DNA of 64,000 bases. Source: a virus. Below are positions 1 to 7,686 of this stretch, piece by piece. The DNA is taken from positions 14,387 through 78,386 of IMG/VR virus record IMGVR_UViG_3300009514_000004; one strand, 5' to 3'. Position 1 is the stretch's first letter. Each line of letters begins with the position of its first letter. Both the position numbers and the translations under genes were made by a program. The notes under the pieces are model-generated. The model did no database searches and had not been told where the DNA came from. It saw nothing but the letters and a program-made list of their open reading frames with translations.

Positions 1-432
1 CCCTTCGTCATCGACGGGGTGACCTACAACTGCGCCGAGCAGTACATGATGGCCGAGAAGGCCCGGCTCTTCGGGGACGAGATCCGCGAGAGCCTGATCA
101 TGTCCAACTCGGACCCGGGCACCCAGAAGCGTCTCGGCCGCCAGGTCGTCGGGTTCGACCAGGCCACCTGGGACGCCAACGCTCGAGACATCGTGTACCG
201 AGCCTCCAAGGCCAAGTACACCCAGCACGCCCCCTCACGGAAGGCGCTCCTGGCCGTCCCCAAGGGACGGACCCTAGTCGAGGCCAGCCCGCACGACCGT
301 GTCTGGGGCATCGGGCTCCGCAAGGAGGACCCGAGGGCCAAGCGCCGGTCGACCTGGCGTGGCAAAAACTGGCTCGGAGAGGTCCTCACCCAGGTCCGCG
401 ACGAGTTGATCGCTGGGACGAAAGCGGCGTGA
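1..432 (+). CDS. NADAR/YbiA-family protein (5' truncated by window edge)
   Basis: AEQYMMAEKA.LFGD, LVEASPHDRVWGIG and W.G.N.LG..L..VR motifs; frame is open to base 1. Confidence 0.9.
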   Translation, partial: PFVIDGVTYNCAEQYMMAEKARLFGDEIRESLIMSNSDPGTQKRLGRQVVGFDQATWDANARDIVYRASKAKYTQHAPSRKALLAVPKGRTLVEASPHDRVWGIGLRKEDPRAKRRSTWRGKNWLGEVLTQVRDELIAGTKAA

Positions 433-437
433 ATTAC

Positions 438-512
438 GCGGGGGTAACTCAATGGTAGAGTGCCGGCTTCCCAAGCCGGCGGTTGCGGGTTCGAGTCCCG
501 TCCCCCGCTCCA
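438..512 (+). tRNA. tRNA-Gly(CCC)
   Basis: Cloverleaf GCGGGGG/CCCCCGC, loop TT-CCC-AA, T-loop TTCGAGT, encoded CCA. Confidence 0.95.
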
Positions 513-617
513 TTTTTGGGACATTCGGTAGTAGCACCGGCGTTGGCGGCTTCGATGCTGCGTGACCCGAGGGTCAGGGCCCGGATGTAGCGCTACCGGG
601 CTCCCCTTCAAACCTCT

Positions 618-694
618 GGGGCCTTAGCTCAGACCGGTAGAGCGCCTGGTTCGCAATCAGGAGGTGGCGGGTTCGACTCCCGCAGGTTCCACCA
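618..694 (+). tRNA. tRNA-Ala(CGC)
   Basis: Cloverleaf, loop TT-CGC-AA, G3.U70, CCA. Confidence 0.95.
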
Positions 695-793
695 GATCTA
701 CACGCCCTCTTCGTCGTACAGCATGGCGGCGATCTCCACGGACGTAGGCGTCTACCTTGCCGTGGCTATAGAGGGTCCACCGAGGCCCCCTGG

Positions 794-868
794 GCACTCG
801 TAGTTCAACGGATAGAACGCAGGTTTGCGGAACCTGAGATGGAGGTTCGATTCCTCCCGGGTGTACCA
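794..868 (+). tRNA. tRNA-Arg(GCG)
   Basis: Cloverleaf, CAGGT-TTGCGGA-ACCTG, CCA. Confidence 0.93.
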
Positions 869-875
869 ACAAGAT

Positions 876-1132
876 ACGGCTGCCGGAGTCGTGGCTCTGG
901 GGCGCCCTCCCTCGCCGGAGGAGTCCTCCCAGAGACGAAGTCCGTACCTGTGGCGCCGCAGGTGTGAGCCGGCACAACACGGCTGAGGGGCGAGGGGGTT
1001 GGATTCCCCCTACGGGCGTCAAGCCCGGGTCTGCTGACTATCCTCGGCCCAGTCTAGGGTCGTTCGGGGTTAGACTCCCCGGCCGGACGATAGTCCGGGT
1101 CCGATGGCACGGCTCTGGGCCCCTTCGGGGTT
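876..1132 (+). ncRNA. candidate structured ncRNA (multi-hairpin spacer)
   Basis: No credible ORF; six or more hand-found helices, e.g. 895-901/928-934, 1036-1042/1089-1095, 1051-1057/1070-1076, and a cUUCGg loop. Confidence 0.45.
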
Positions 1133-1138
1133 ATTCAT

Positions 1139-1213
1139 GGGGGTCCATGTCCAAGGTGGCGAGCTTCTCTGGCAGGGAGGCTGAGGCCGGTTCGATTCCG
1201 GTGACCTCCACCA
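1139..1213 (+). tRNA. tRNA-Ala(GGC), atypical D arm
   Basis: GGGGGTC/GACCTCC, loop CT-GGC-AG, G3.U70, CCA. Confidence 0.85.
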
Positions 1214-1216
1214 CGA

Positions 1217-1293
1217 TGGGCGGTAGGCAAATGGTGACGCCGCGCGGCTGATAACCGTGTGATGTGTGGGTTCGAGTCCCACCCGCCCAACCA
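1217..1293 (+). tRNA. tRNA-Ile(GAT)
   Basis: TGGGCGG/CCGCCCA, loop CT-GAT-AA, CCA. Confidence 0.92.
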
Positions 1294-1299
1294 GTTCGA

Positions 1300-1379
1300 T
1301 GGACCGTAGCTCAGTCTGGGTAGAGCGCCTGTCTGATACGCAGGGTCAGTCGAGGGTTCAAATCCCTCCGGTCCAACCA
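1300..1379 (+). tRNA. tRNA-Ile(GAT), second divergent copy
   Basis: TGGACCG/CGGTCCA, loop CT-GAT-AC, CCA. Confidence 0.92.
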
Positions 1380-1380
1380 A

Positions 1381-1455
1381 GCACCCGTGGTCCAATGGAA
1401 GGGCGGCAGCCTTCGAAGCTGTTCGGTGGGGGTTCGAATCCCTCCGGGTGTACCA
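1381..1455 (+). tRNA. tRNA-Arg(TCG)
   Basis: Cloverleaf, loop CT-TCG-AA, CCA. Confidence 0.93.
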
Positions 1456-1460
1456 ACTAC

Positions 1461-1536
1461 AGGCCCTGGGCCAGATGGGACGGCAGCGGGTTTACACCCC
1501 GCGATTGATCGAGTTCGATTCTCGGAGGGCCTACCA
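1461..1536 (+). tRNA. tRNA-Val(TAC)
   Basis: AGGCCCT/AGGGCCT, loop TT-TAC-AC, CCA. Confidence 0.9.
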
Positions 1537-1594
1537 GACACGGTAGGAGGGCTATAGCTGCGCTCCAGTAGACACTCGATCTCTGGAGCGCAGT

Positions 1595-2302
1595 ATGGTC
1601 ACCCTTCGCAACGGAACAACGACCGCGGACCCCCGCCTGACACGGCTTGTCCAGTTCGACGAGCGCTCGAGATCGTTCCCGATCCGGGCGACCTTCGCCT
1701 CCGGCGCCAAGGCCCGGTCGTTCACCTGGCGATGCGACACCTACCTCGACCAGGGATCCGAAGGTACCTGCGTGGGCTTCTCCATGACGCACGAGCTGAT
1801 CGCCCGCCCCTGCGTCGTCAAAGGCGTCGACGGCAAGTTCGCCCGGGAGCAGGTCTACTGGGAGGCCCAGAAGATCGACCCCTGGGACGGCGGCAGTTAC
1901 CCTGGGGCCTCGCCGACCTACGAAGGCACGAGTGTGCTGGCCGGCGTCAAGATGCTTCGCAAGCTCGGCTACATCCAGCAATACCGCTGGTGCTTCGGGC
2001 TCGAGGACCTGGTCATGGCCGTCGGCTACAAGGGGCCCGCAATCCTCGGCGTCAACTGGTACCAGGGGATGTTCGACACCCTCCCCTGCGGCCACATCCA
2101 CGTGACCGGTAGCGTCGCCGGCGGCCACGCGATCCTCTGCAAGGGGGTCAGCGTCAAGAACAAGACCTTCACCCTGCACAACAGCTGGGGCTCGAGCTGG
2201 GGCAACGGCGGCGACGCCCTCATCTCCTGGGACGAAATGGAGCGTCTGCTGTACGAGCAGGGCGAGGCGGTCATCCCGCTCCTCCGTTCTCACCCGACCT
2301 GA
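1595..2302 (+). CDS. papain-like (C1) cysteine peptidase
   Basis: DQGSEGTCVGFS (Gln/Cys), GGHAI (His) and HNSWG (Asn) motifs. Confidence 0.88.
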   Translation: MVTLRNGTTTADPRLTRLVQFDERSRSFPIRATFASGAKARSFTWRCDTYLDQGSEGTCVGFSMTHELIARPCVVKGVDGKFAREQVYWEAQKIDPWDGGSYPGASPTYEGTSVLAGVKMLRKLGYIQQYRWCFGLEDLVMAVGYKGPAILGVNWYQGMFDTLPCGHIHVTGSVAGGHAILCKGVSVKNKTFTLHNSWGSSWGNGGDALISWDEMERLLYEQGEAVIPLLRSHPT

Positions 2303-2368
2303 TCAGATCGGTTGCTTAGTTCTCCGGGCGGCCTCGTAGAGAGGGTGAACCCGATCCGGAGGACAACG

Positions 2369-2533
2369 ATGGCTCTTGCGAAGGTCAAGCCCAACCACAA
2401 CGGCGCGAAGAACGGTGGCGGGGCCTACTGCAAGCGCGCCGAGGCCAAGGCGGCCTCCAAGCGCCGCCGCCGCGCCAACGGCAAGAAGGCGGTCCGCGCG
2501 GCTCTCCGCGACTACGCGAAGAACGGCAAGTAA
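2369..2533 (+). CDS. small Lys/Arg-rich hypothetical protein
   Basis: GGAGG RBS before ATG 2369; high GC3 codons. Confidence 0.75.
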   Translation: MALAKVKPNHNGAKNGGGAYCKRAEAKAASKRRRRANGKKAVRAALRDYAKNGK

Positions 2534-2574
2534 GAGATTCTGGATTTGCGTTGCAAGGACGGGTCACCTAACCT

Positions 2575-3111
2575 GTGGTGGTGACCACCTGCGCGTACAC
2601 CGGCTGCTCCAAGAATTTCAAACCTCGTTGGTCCCGACAGCAGTTCTGCTCTCGCGAGTGCGGGTACGCCTCGAAAAGGGCTCCTCGGGTCGATCTGGTC
2701 TGTTCAAACCCCAGATGCGGTAAAACCTTCTCCCGCAAAGTCTCGAAAACCAAGAACTCTAAGCATGGGTTCCAGTTTTGCGGGCGGAAGTGCAAGGAGT
2801 TCTCGCAAAGCCTGAAAGGTGATGTTGAGGCCATACGTCCAGATCACTACGGGACTGGAGCGGGGCGGAACACCTATCGACGGCTAATACAGACGATCGC
2901 AAAACCTTGTTGCTCGGATTGTGGGGAGGCTCGTCGGTACCTGCTGATGGTTCACCATGTGGATGGCGACCAGGACAACAACAACCCAAGCAATCTGGAA
3001 ATCGTATGCGCCAACTGTCATGTCCGGCGCCACCTCTCGATCAACGTAAACGGTGACTGGGTCTACAATCCACATGCTTTGACACCACGAGAGCAACTCG
3101 CGGGGGTGTAG
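2575..3111 (+). CDS. HNH homing-type endonuclease with N-terminal Zn-finger repeats
   Basis: CxxC...FCS repeats, CSDCGE...VHHVDGD..NN..SNL..VCANCH; lower GC than flanks; stop lies inside tRNA-Ala. Confidence 0.9.
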   Translation: MVVTTCAYTGCSKNFKPRWSRQQFCSRECGYASKRAPRVDLVCSNPRCGKTFSRKVSKTKNSKHGFQFCGRKCKEFSQSLKGDVEAIRPDHYGTGAGRNTYRRLIQTIAKPCCSDCGEARRYLLMVHHVDGDQDNNNPSNLEIVCANCHVRRHLSINVNGDWVYNPHALTPREQLAGV

Positions 3112-3175
3112 CTCAACGGTAGAGCACCTGGCTTGCAACCAGGGGATGGCGGTTCGATTCCGCCCACTTCCACCA
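3102..3175 (+). tRNA. tRNA-Ala(TGC)
   Basis: Cloverleaf, loop CT-TGC-AA, G3.U70, CCA. Confidence 0.95.
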
Positions 3176-3182
3176 AATACTC

Positions 3183-3255
3183 GGCGACGTCCAGGTGGCC
3201 TGGGCTCGGTCTGCAACACCGGTACCTGTCGGTTCGACTCCGACCGTCGCCTCCA
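3183..3255 (+). tRNA. tRNA-Cys(GCA)
   Basis: GGCGACG/CGTCGCC, loop CT-GCA-AC, U73, CCA. Confidence 0.93.
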
Positions 3256-3315
3256 GCTCAAGCGAGGCGTAGGGAAGCTCGAGTCCCCCTGCGCTGAGCG
3301 CGAGGTCCTCCCACG

Positions 3316-3756
3316 TTGATCGCCGTGGGGACAAGGAAGGGAACCCCTCCCCCTACTGCCGTCGTACCGTACCGGCTCCACCGGCTAGTCTTCGGCGGTG
3401 TCGTGGGGAGGGGTAGCGCTCAGACCACCGAAGACCACAGGAGAGCACGATGGGACGCAAGCGGAGGAGCAGGGCCTAACCTCGAGGTTGTAGGCCAGAC
3501 CGAGGACGGGTGGCGCGTCGTGCGCGGTACCTTCGAGTTCTTCGACACGTACGGGCTGCCCCTGGACATCGTCCTCGACATGCTCAGGCAGCGCCGGATG
3601 ATGCCCGACTGGACGCACCTGTACGATAGGTGTCTCGAGGCAGGGTGGCATCCAGAGAGATCCTTCCGGCGGCTTCAACAGATCGTCGGTGACGTCTACG
3701 GCCCTTCCTTCCGCGAGGAGTGGGAGCGCCGGATGAGAAAGCACATGGGGGTGTAG
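3316..3756 (+). CDS. small protein with AlaRS-like FDTYGLPLD helical motif (start uncertain)
   Basis: FEFFDTYGLPLDIVLDML resembles AlaRS F.LYDTYGFP.DLT; the best RBS+ATG (3450) is out of frame; stop lies inside tRNA-Asn. Confidence 0.6.
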   Translation: MIAVGTRKGTPPPTAVVPYRLHRLVFGGVVGRGSAQTTEDHRRARWDASGGAGPNLEVVGQTEDGWRVVRGTFEFFDTYGLPLDIVLDMLRQRRMMPDWTHLYDRCLEAGWHPERSFRRLQQIVGDVYGPSFREEWERRMRKHMGV

Positions 3757-3822
3757 CTCAGTGGCCAGAGCGCTAGGCTGTTAACCTGGAGTGCGTCGGT
3801 TCGAATCCGACCACCCCCTCCA
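3747..3822 (+). tRNA. tRNA-Asn(GTT)
   Basis: GGGGGTG/CACCCCC, loop CT-GTT-AA, CCA. Confidence 0.92.
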
Positions 3823-3928
3823 ATTCTTGCCCGGGGCTCTTTCGGGAGCTACTCTGGGTTCACCGGCATGTCGCGATCCGGGCCAACAGCGCGGCGTCAA
3901 TCCAACTCAAACAACGAAGGATGACGCC

Positions 3929-4366
3929 ATGACTACGACCATTCGCGCCAAGTTCCGCTGCATGTCCATCACCCGCACCTGGGACGGTATGGAGACCTGT
4001 ACCTTCCGACCCGTGAAGCGTGACTCCGGCCAGGACCCCGAAAACGAGATCTTCTGGAAGTACACCCCCAGCGGGTCGGCCAAGCTGACTTTCATGGGTG
4101 CGTGCGATTACCAGCCCGGGGCCTACTACTACATCGACATGACCCTCGCCGAGGACGGCGAGTGGACTCTCGACCTCGTCACCCGGCGAGGCAACGGGAG
4201 CGGCGATGTCGAGCTGGCCAGCACCTGGAAGCCGGTCACCGAAGGCGGCCTCCGGCACGGTAAGCTGGAGATGGGGATCGACTCCGCCCGGGTGATCGAC
4301 CTCTTCGGCCTCCCGGACTCCAAGTGGAACGTCGTGTTCACCTACGCTGAGGCGTCGGACGGCTGA
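3929..4366 (+). CDS. phage hypothetical protein (RAKF...EN..FWKYTPSG type)
   Basis: RBS GAAGGA; coding-like codon bias. Confidence 0.75.
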   Translation: MTTTIRAKFRCMSITRTWDGMETCTFRPVKRDSGQDPENEIFWKYTPSGSAKLTFMGACDYQPGAYYYIDMTLAEDGEWTLDLVTRRGNGSGDVELASTWKPVTEGGLRHGKLEMGIDSARVIDLFGLPDSKWNVVFTYAEASDG

Positions 4367-4575
4367 CCGCCGGCGCACTCGAGGCACACCAGGATCTCGC
4401 GCACGATCTCGTAGCCTTCCCCTCCGGGGTCGTGCGTCTCCCTCTGGGATCTGTTGTACCGCGACATGTTCGCGTCCCGGCGGGGTGGGTATCGGACGGG
4501 TCTCGTCTCGATCACCAACCTCCGGGCCGGCGTGTTAGCGGCAACAACCCTCGAACAACGCTGACATCTGTACAC
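4342..4575 (-). CDS. small Zn-ribbon protein
   Basis: CxxC at both ends; DPGGEGYEIVRE motif. Confidence 0.7.
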   Translation of the reverse strand: MYRCQRCSRVVAANTPARRLVIETRPVRYPPRRDANMSRYNRSQRETHDPGGEGYEIVREILVCLECAGGQPSDASA

Positions 4576-4681
4576 TCCGTACCAACCTCGTGGCCGACGC
4601 TACCCGGGACGGCTTACCAGGGGCGTTGTCTCCTTCGCGGAGACGCGGGTACTATACCGACTCAGCATCAAGGAGATCATC

Positions 4682-5446
4682 ATGAGTGGACAGGGCGTAC
4701 AACGACGAGGGTTCATCAAGTCCCTGTTCGCCGGTGCCGGCGCGGTCGCCGCCTGGTCGACGGTGGCCAAAGCCGCTCCGAAGCCTCAAGCGCTCGAGCG
4801 TCAAGGCAACGGCAAACCGGCCTCCAACCTCCTGCTCGCGGAGCAGGACGAGGTCTGGACTCTGGTCGACGGGTCCAAGCTCCCGGTCCGACGCATCGAG
4901 GTCCAGCTCGACTTCACCCCGGCGGTGACCTGGCAGTTCCTCCCGACCGACGAGATGCTCCGCAAGTGGGGCTACCACGTCGGACCACCGATGCTCGGCG
5001 GCCCTCCCGCCATCTACCCCGAGGACGGGGCGATGAAACGGGTCCAGCGCCGGGTGTTCGCGCGGTTCACCGAGGAGCAGCTTCGGGCCGACTACGTCGC
5101 ACAGAAGGCCGGATTCGACCCGGTCTCCACCGCGGCGCAGCTCCAGAAGGTCTCCCGAGGCGACCTGGTCAAAGCTCTCGAGGAGAAACGGGCCAAGGTC
5201 ATTGCCGAGGACAACGCGACCCCGTTCGACGAGATCCTGCGGCACCGCATGACCAACTGCTTCATCGGGTGGAAGCCGACCCGGCCCGAGGTCTACAAGA
5301 GCCACGACGAGTGGCCGGATCCTCACGGGGTATTCCTCGTGGTCCGTGGCCCGACCACCCTGTACGCCCTCGGCGTGAGTGAGTTCCCGGCGTCGTCCAA
5401 GAACATGCTCATCCAGGCGCCGGCCGCAGCGATCTTCGGTTCATGA
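4682..5446 (+). CDS. hypothetical protein with Tat-like N-terminus
   Basis: QRRGFIKSLFAGAGAVAA; RBS AAGGAG. Confidence 0.75.
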   Translation: MSGQGVQRRGFIKSLFAGAGAVAAWSTVAKAAPKPQALERQGNGKPASNLLLAEQDEVWTLVDGSKLPVRRIEVQLDFTPAVTWQFLPTDEMLRKWGYHVGPPMLGGPPAIYPEDGAMKRVQRRVFARFTEEQLRADYVAQKAGFDPVSTAAQLQKVSRGDLVKALEEKRAKVIAEDNATPFDEILRHRMTNCFIGWKPTRPEVYKSHDEWPDPHGVFLVVRGPTTLYALGVSEFPASSKNMLIQAPAAAIFGS

Positions 5447-5736
5447 GCCGCGAGAACGTCTTCCTGGTGAAGAAGTCGCCCGAGGAGCTTCGGGCGACTG
5501 TCGCCGAGTTGCTCCGGGCGATCCTGGGCAACCATGTGTCGTCGGACGCCCTCCACAGCTCTCCGTTGCGGGAGTTCACAGCCGACGATGTCTTCATCAA
5601 CGCCCACCTGGTCGATCGGGCCGGAGCGCTGCTCAACTGCCTCCTGGCGCTGGGGTACTCCCTGGACGCCAGCGAGTGGACCAGAGAGCTGCTCGACAAG
5701 ACAGACGCCTCGGCGTTGGAACGCATCACGGTCTGA
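5443..5736 (+). CDS. hypothetical protein
   Basis: ATGA overlap with the upstream gene; GC3 bias. Confidence 0.7.
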   Translation: MSRENVFLVKKSPEELRATVAELLRAILGNHVSSDALHSSPLREFTADDVFINAHLVDRAGALLNCLLALGYSLDASEWTRELLDKTDASALERITV

Positions 5737-5766
5737 TGACCCAGGTTGCTCCAAGAGCGTTTTTGA

Positions 5767-5842
5767 TCGGGGGTAGCACAACTGGCGGTGCAGCTGGCTT
5801 TGACCCAGAAGGTTGAGGGTTCGAACCCCTCCCCCCGAGCCA
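5767..5842 (+). tRNA. tRNA-Gln(TTG)
   Basis: TCGGGGG/CCCCCGA, loop CT-TTG-AC, CCA. Confidence 0.9.
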
Positions 5843-5854
5843 ATGACTGCGTCG

Positions 5855-6175
5855 TCAGGGCAGGTAATCCGGCCGGTCCACGATGACCTGGACGTAGCCT
5901 GAAGGGACAGGGCACTCGAGCTGGGTGCCATCGACGCGGATCCCGCTCTTGTACTCCCACCCGCACTCGATCGAGACGTTGCAGAAGGTGTGCAGGCATC
6001 CGTCCCACTGCCAGGAGCAGCACTTCGAGGTACCCGCCTCGTTGCACACCAGAGGGTCTCCGAGGCCCTCTGGGCGCTCTTGGACGACCGGCTTGGCCGG
6101 AAGGGTACATGGGTCCTTGCAGGCCGTCAGAGAGGCCAGAGCGAGGGTCAGGGCGATGATGGTGATGCGCAGCAT
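5855..6175 (-). CDS. Cys-rich lipoprotein
   Basis: Hydrophobic signal ending LTAC (lipobox); several further Cys. Confidence 0.75.
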   Translation of the reverse strand: MLRITIIALTLALASLTACKDPCTLPAKPVVQERPEGLGDPLVCNEAGTSKCCSWQWDGCLHTFCNVSIECGWEYKSGIRVDGTQLECPVPSGYVQVIVDRPDYLP

Positions 6176-6214
6176 GGCGGTCCTCCACAGGAGGGTCGCC
6201 TATAGCGCTCCTAC

Positions 6215-6288
6215 CGCTGCGTAGCACAACTAGGTGGTGCAGTCCCCTCATAAGGGAAAGGTTGTCGGTTCGAATCCGGCCGCAGCGA
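6215..6288 (+). tRNA. tRNA-Met/Ile2(CAT), elongator type, no encoded CCA
   Basis: CGCTGCG/CGCAGCG fully paired, loop CT-CAT-AA; lacks the initiator GGG/CCC stem. Confidence 0.85.
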
Positions 6289-6441
6289 TTTATACCGGGT
6301 AGTCCAGGTTGGGGTTAATCGGTTGTTAAAAGAAGCGGCGTGAGCCCGAGAACAGAAGAACCGGCCAGTTTTGCTGTTGCGGATGTCCTTGGGCTTTCGT
6401 TTGATCGCCGATCCGCAAAGGGCGCATGGGACGTTGGGCAT
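6289..6441 (-). pseudogene. truncated Zn-finger N-terminus of an HNH-type endonuclease
   Basis: MPNVPCALCGSAIKRKPKDIRNSKTGRFFCSRAHAASFNN, similar to the N-terminus of 2575-3111; no nuclease domain; low GC. Confidence 0.55.
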
Positions 6442-6444
6442 GTC

Positions 6445-6523
6445 TGTAGGTTAGTCGAACTTGTGGCTGTGACCAACGCCTAAGCCAGGCCTCGTTGGAG
6501 TTCGAGTCTCCCCCTTGCGACCA
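6445..6523 (+). pseudogene. degenerate tRNA-His(GTG)-like element
   Basis: TGTGG-CTGTGAC-CAACG arm, GGAG-TTCGAGT-CTCC T arm, ends ACCA; D loop deleted, acceptor poorly paired. Confidence 0.5.
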
Positions 6524-6572
6524 CTACTTCCTCTATACGTGTCGCTCAATACAGGCACCGGAGGTGATCGCC

Positions 6573-7337
6573 TTGGGGCGCAAAGAGCGATACAAGAAGC
6601 TGGCCGACAAGTTCCTGCCGACCATGAAGCGCATCTGCGCCGAAGAGGACACACCCTTCCAGGTGTGCTTCGCGCAGCTGCTGGTCGAGTCTGGAGGTCG
6701 CGGCGAGCTGGGCAAGCGGCACAACTACTTCGGGCTCAAGTACCCGAGGGGTAAGTACGCCAAGGTGCTCTGGGAGCGCCTCGGTAAGCCCGGCAAGCAC
6801 GTCAAGATGACGCCGGAGCGGCTCAAAGTCCGCGACCGCAACCATCTCGACAAGCTCCTCAAAAAGGGCGCGGTCTTCAGCGACAAGTTCATGAAGTCGC
6901 CCTACTACGGCAAGTCCGTGCGGCTCAAGATGCCCTGCGCCTTCTGCACTTTCCCGGACATGGAGGCCGGCATCCGCGCCTGGTGCATCTGGATGAAGCG
7001 GAGTCGGTACAAGGACGGCGGTATCTTCGCGACCGATCCCGTTCGCTGGATCGCCTACCGCTGGCTCCGGGGTTACGCGACCGCCAACGCTTACGTCGAA
7101 GCCGTCGTGAAACGGATGAACAGCGTGGCCAAGTACCTTGGCCTCGAGGAGTTCCGGGTCTCGATCGACGACGACCTCGACGAGCTTCTCGACGAGGCCC
7201 GTGAGCTAGGTCCTGGCCGTGACCGGTGGGACCTTGGCAAAGAGGCCCTCGAGGCCAACGGACTGACCGGTGTTCCCTACGAGGTCATCGAGTTCGAGGA
7301 GATGGAGATCGTCGTCGACCTCAACGAGGTGGGTTGA
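6573..7337 (+). CDS. GH73 glucosaminidase-like peptidoglycan hydrolase
   Basis: AQLLVESG..G.L....NYFGLKY and GYATANAY motifs; TTG start after GGAGG chosen. Confidence 0.8.
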   Translation: MGRKERYKKLADKFLPTMKRICAEEDTPFQVCFAQLLVESGGRGELGKRHNYFGLKYPRGKYAKVLWERLGKPGKHVKMTPERLKVRDRNHLDKLLKKGAVFSDKFMKSPYYGKSVRLKMPCAFCTFPDMEAGIRAWCIWMKRSRYKDGGIFATDPVRWIAYRWLRGYATANAYVEAVVKRMNSVAKYLGLEEFRVSIDDDLDELLDEARELGPGRDRWDLGKEALEANGLTGVPYEVIEFEEMEIVVDLNEVG

Positions 7338-7513
7338 TGGTCATCGCGGATTACCCTGGCGCGTACAAGCTCGAAGTCCACGGGACCAAGGTCAAGCTGG
7401 TCCTCGAGACAGAGGACCTGGAAGTCTACCAGACTTACCAGCTGGCCTCGGACCTTTACCGGGCGGGCCATCTGGCCAACCGCGCGGGCGACGACCAGTC
7501 GAAAAAGACTTAG
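7337..7513 (+). CDS. hypothetical protein
   Basis: TGATG coupling with the upstream gene. Confidence 0.65.
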   Translation: MVIADYPGAYKLEVHGTKVKLVLETEDLEVYQTYQLASDLYRAGHLANRAGDDQSKKT

Positions 7514-7537
7514 CCTGGGCTCGCACGGTGACTACCT

Positions 7538-7546
7538 GATGGGGTA
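7538..7546 (+). promoter_or_regulatory. GATGGGGTA motif (candidate phage promoter element)
   Basis: Recurs in intergenic DNA at 9212, 53009 and 57551, with a variant at 62680. Confidence 0.4.
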
Positions 7547-7606
7547 ACTGGGAACGACGCTCGTTGACAACCAGGTCGAAGAAACGGTCCTTTCGGGGAC
7601 CTTTGA

Positions 7607-7682
7607 CGCAGGGTGGAGAAGTGGTCATCTCGCTAGGCTCATAACCTGGAGACCGGAGGTTCGAATCCTCCTCCTGCTACCA
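7607..7682 (+). tRNA. initiator tRNA-fMet(CAT)
   Basis: C1xU72 mismatch, fMet-like D arm TGGAGAAGTGGTCATCTCG, CT-CAT-AA, CCA. Confidence 0.88.
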
Positions 7683-7686
7683 ACAT

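Noticed and set aside
880-990. RNase P-like motifs (GAAGTCCG at 937-944; GCACAACACGGCTGA at 972-986)
   Set aside because: No P1/P2 closure could be built, both motifs overlap simpler local hairpins, and the region is far too short. Not supported without a covariance-model hit.
982-1098. Group I intron-like P7 (GACTA/TAGTC) and P3 pairing
   Set aside because: No interrupted gene or tRNA, no convincing P4-P6 core, and a simple long hairpin explains the pairing.
3256-3445. T-box riboswitch upstream of the AlaRS-like gene
   Set aside because: No T-box consensus (AGGTGGTACCGCG-like) or terminator/antiterminator pair found.
3823-3900. HDV-like/theta ribozyme after tRNA-Asn
   Set aside because: Lacks the P3/L3, P1.1 GG and J4/2 elements in the required order.
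7564-7595. TTGACA upstream of tRNA-fMet as a sigma70 promoter
   Set aside because: No acceptable -10 hexamer at 16-18 nt spacing.
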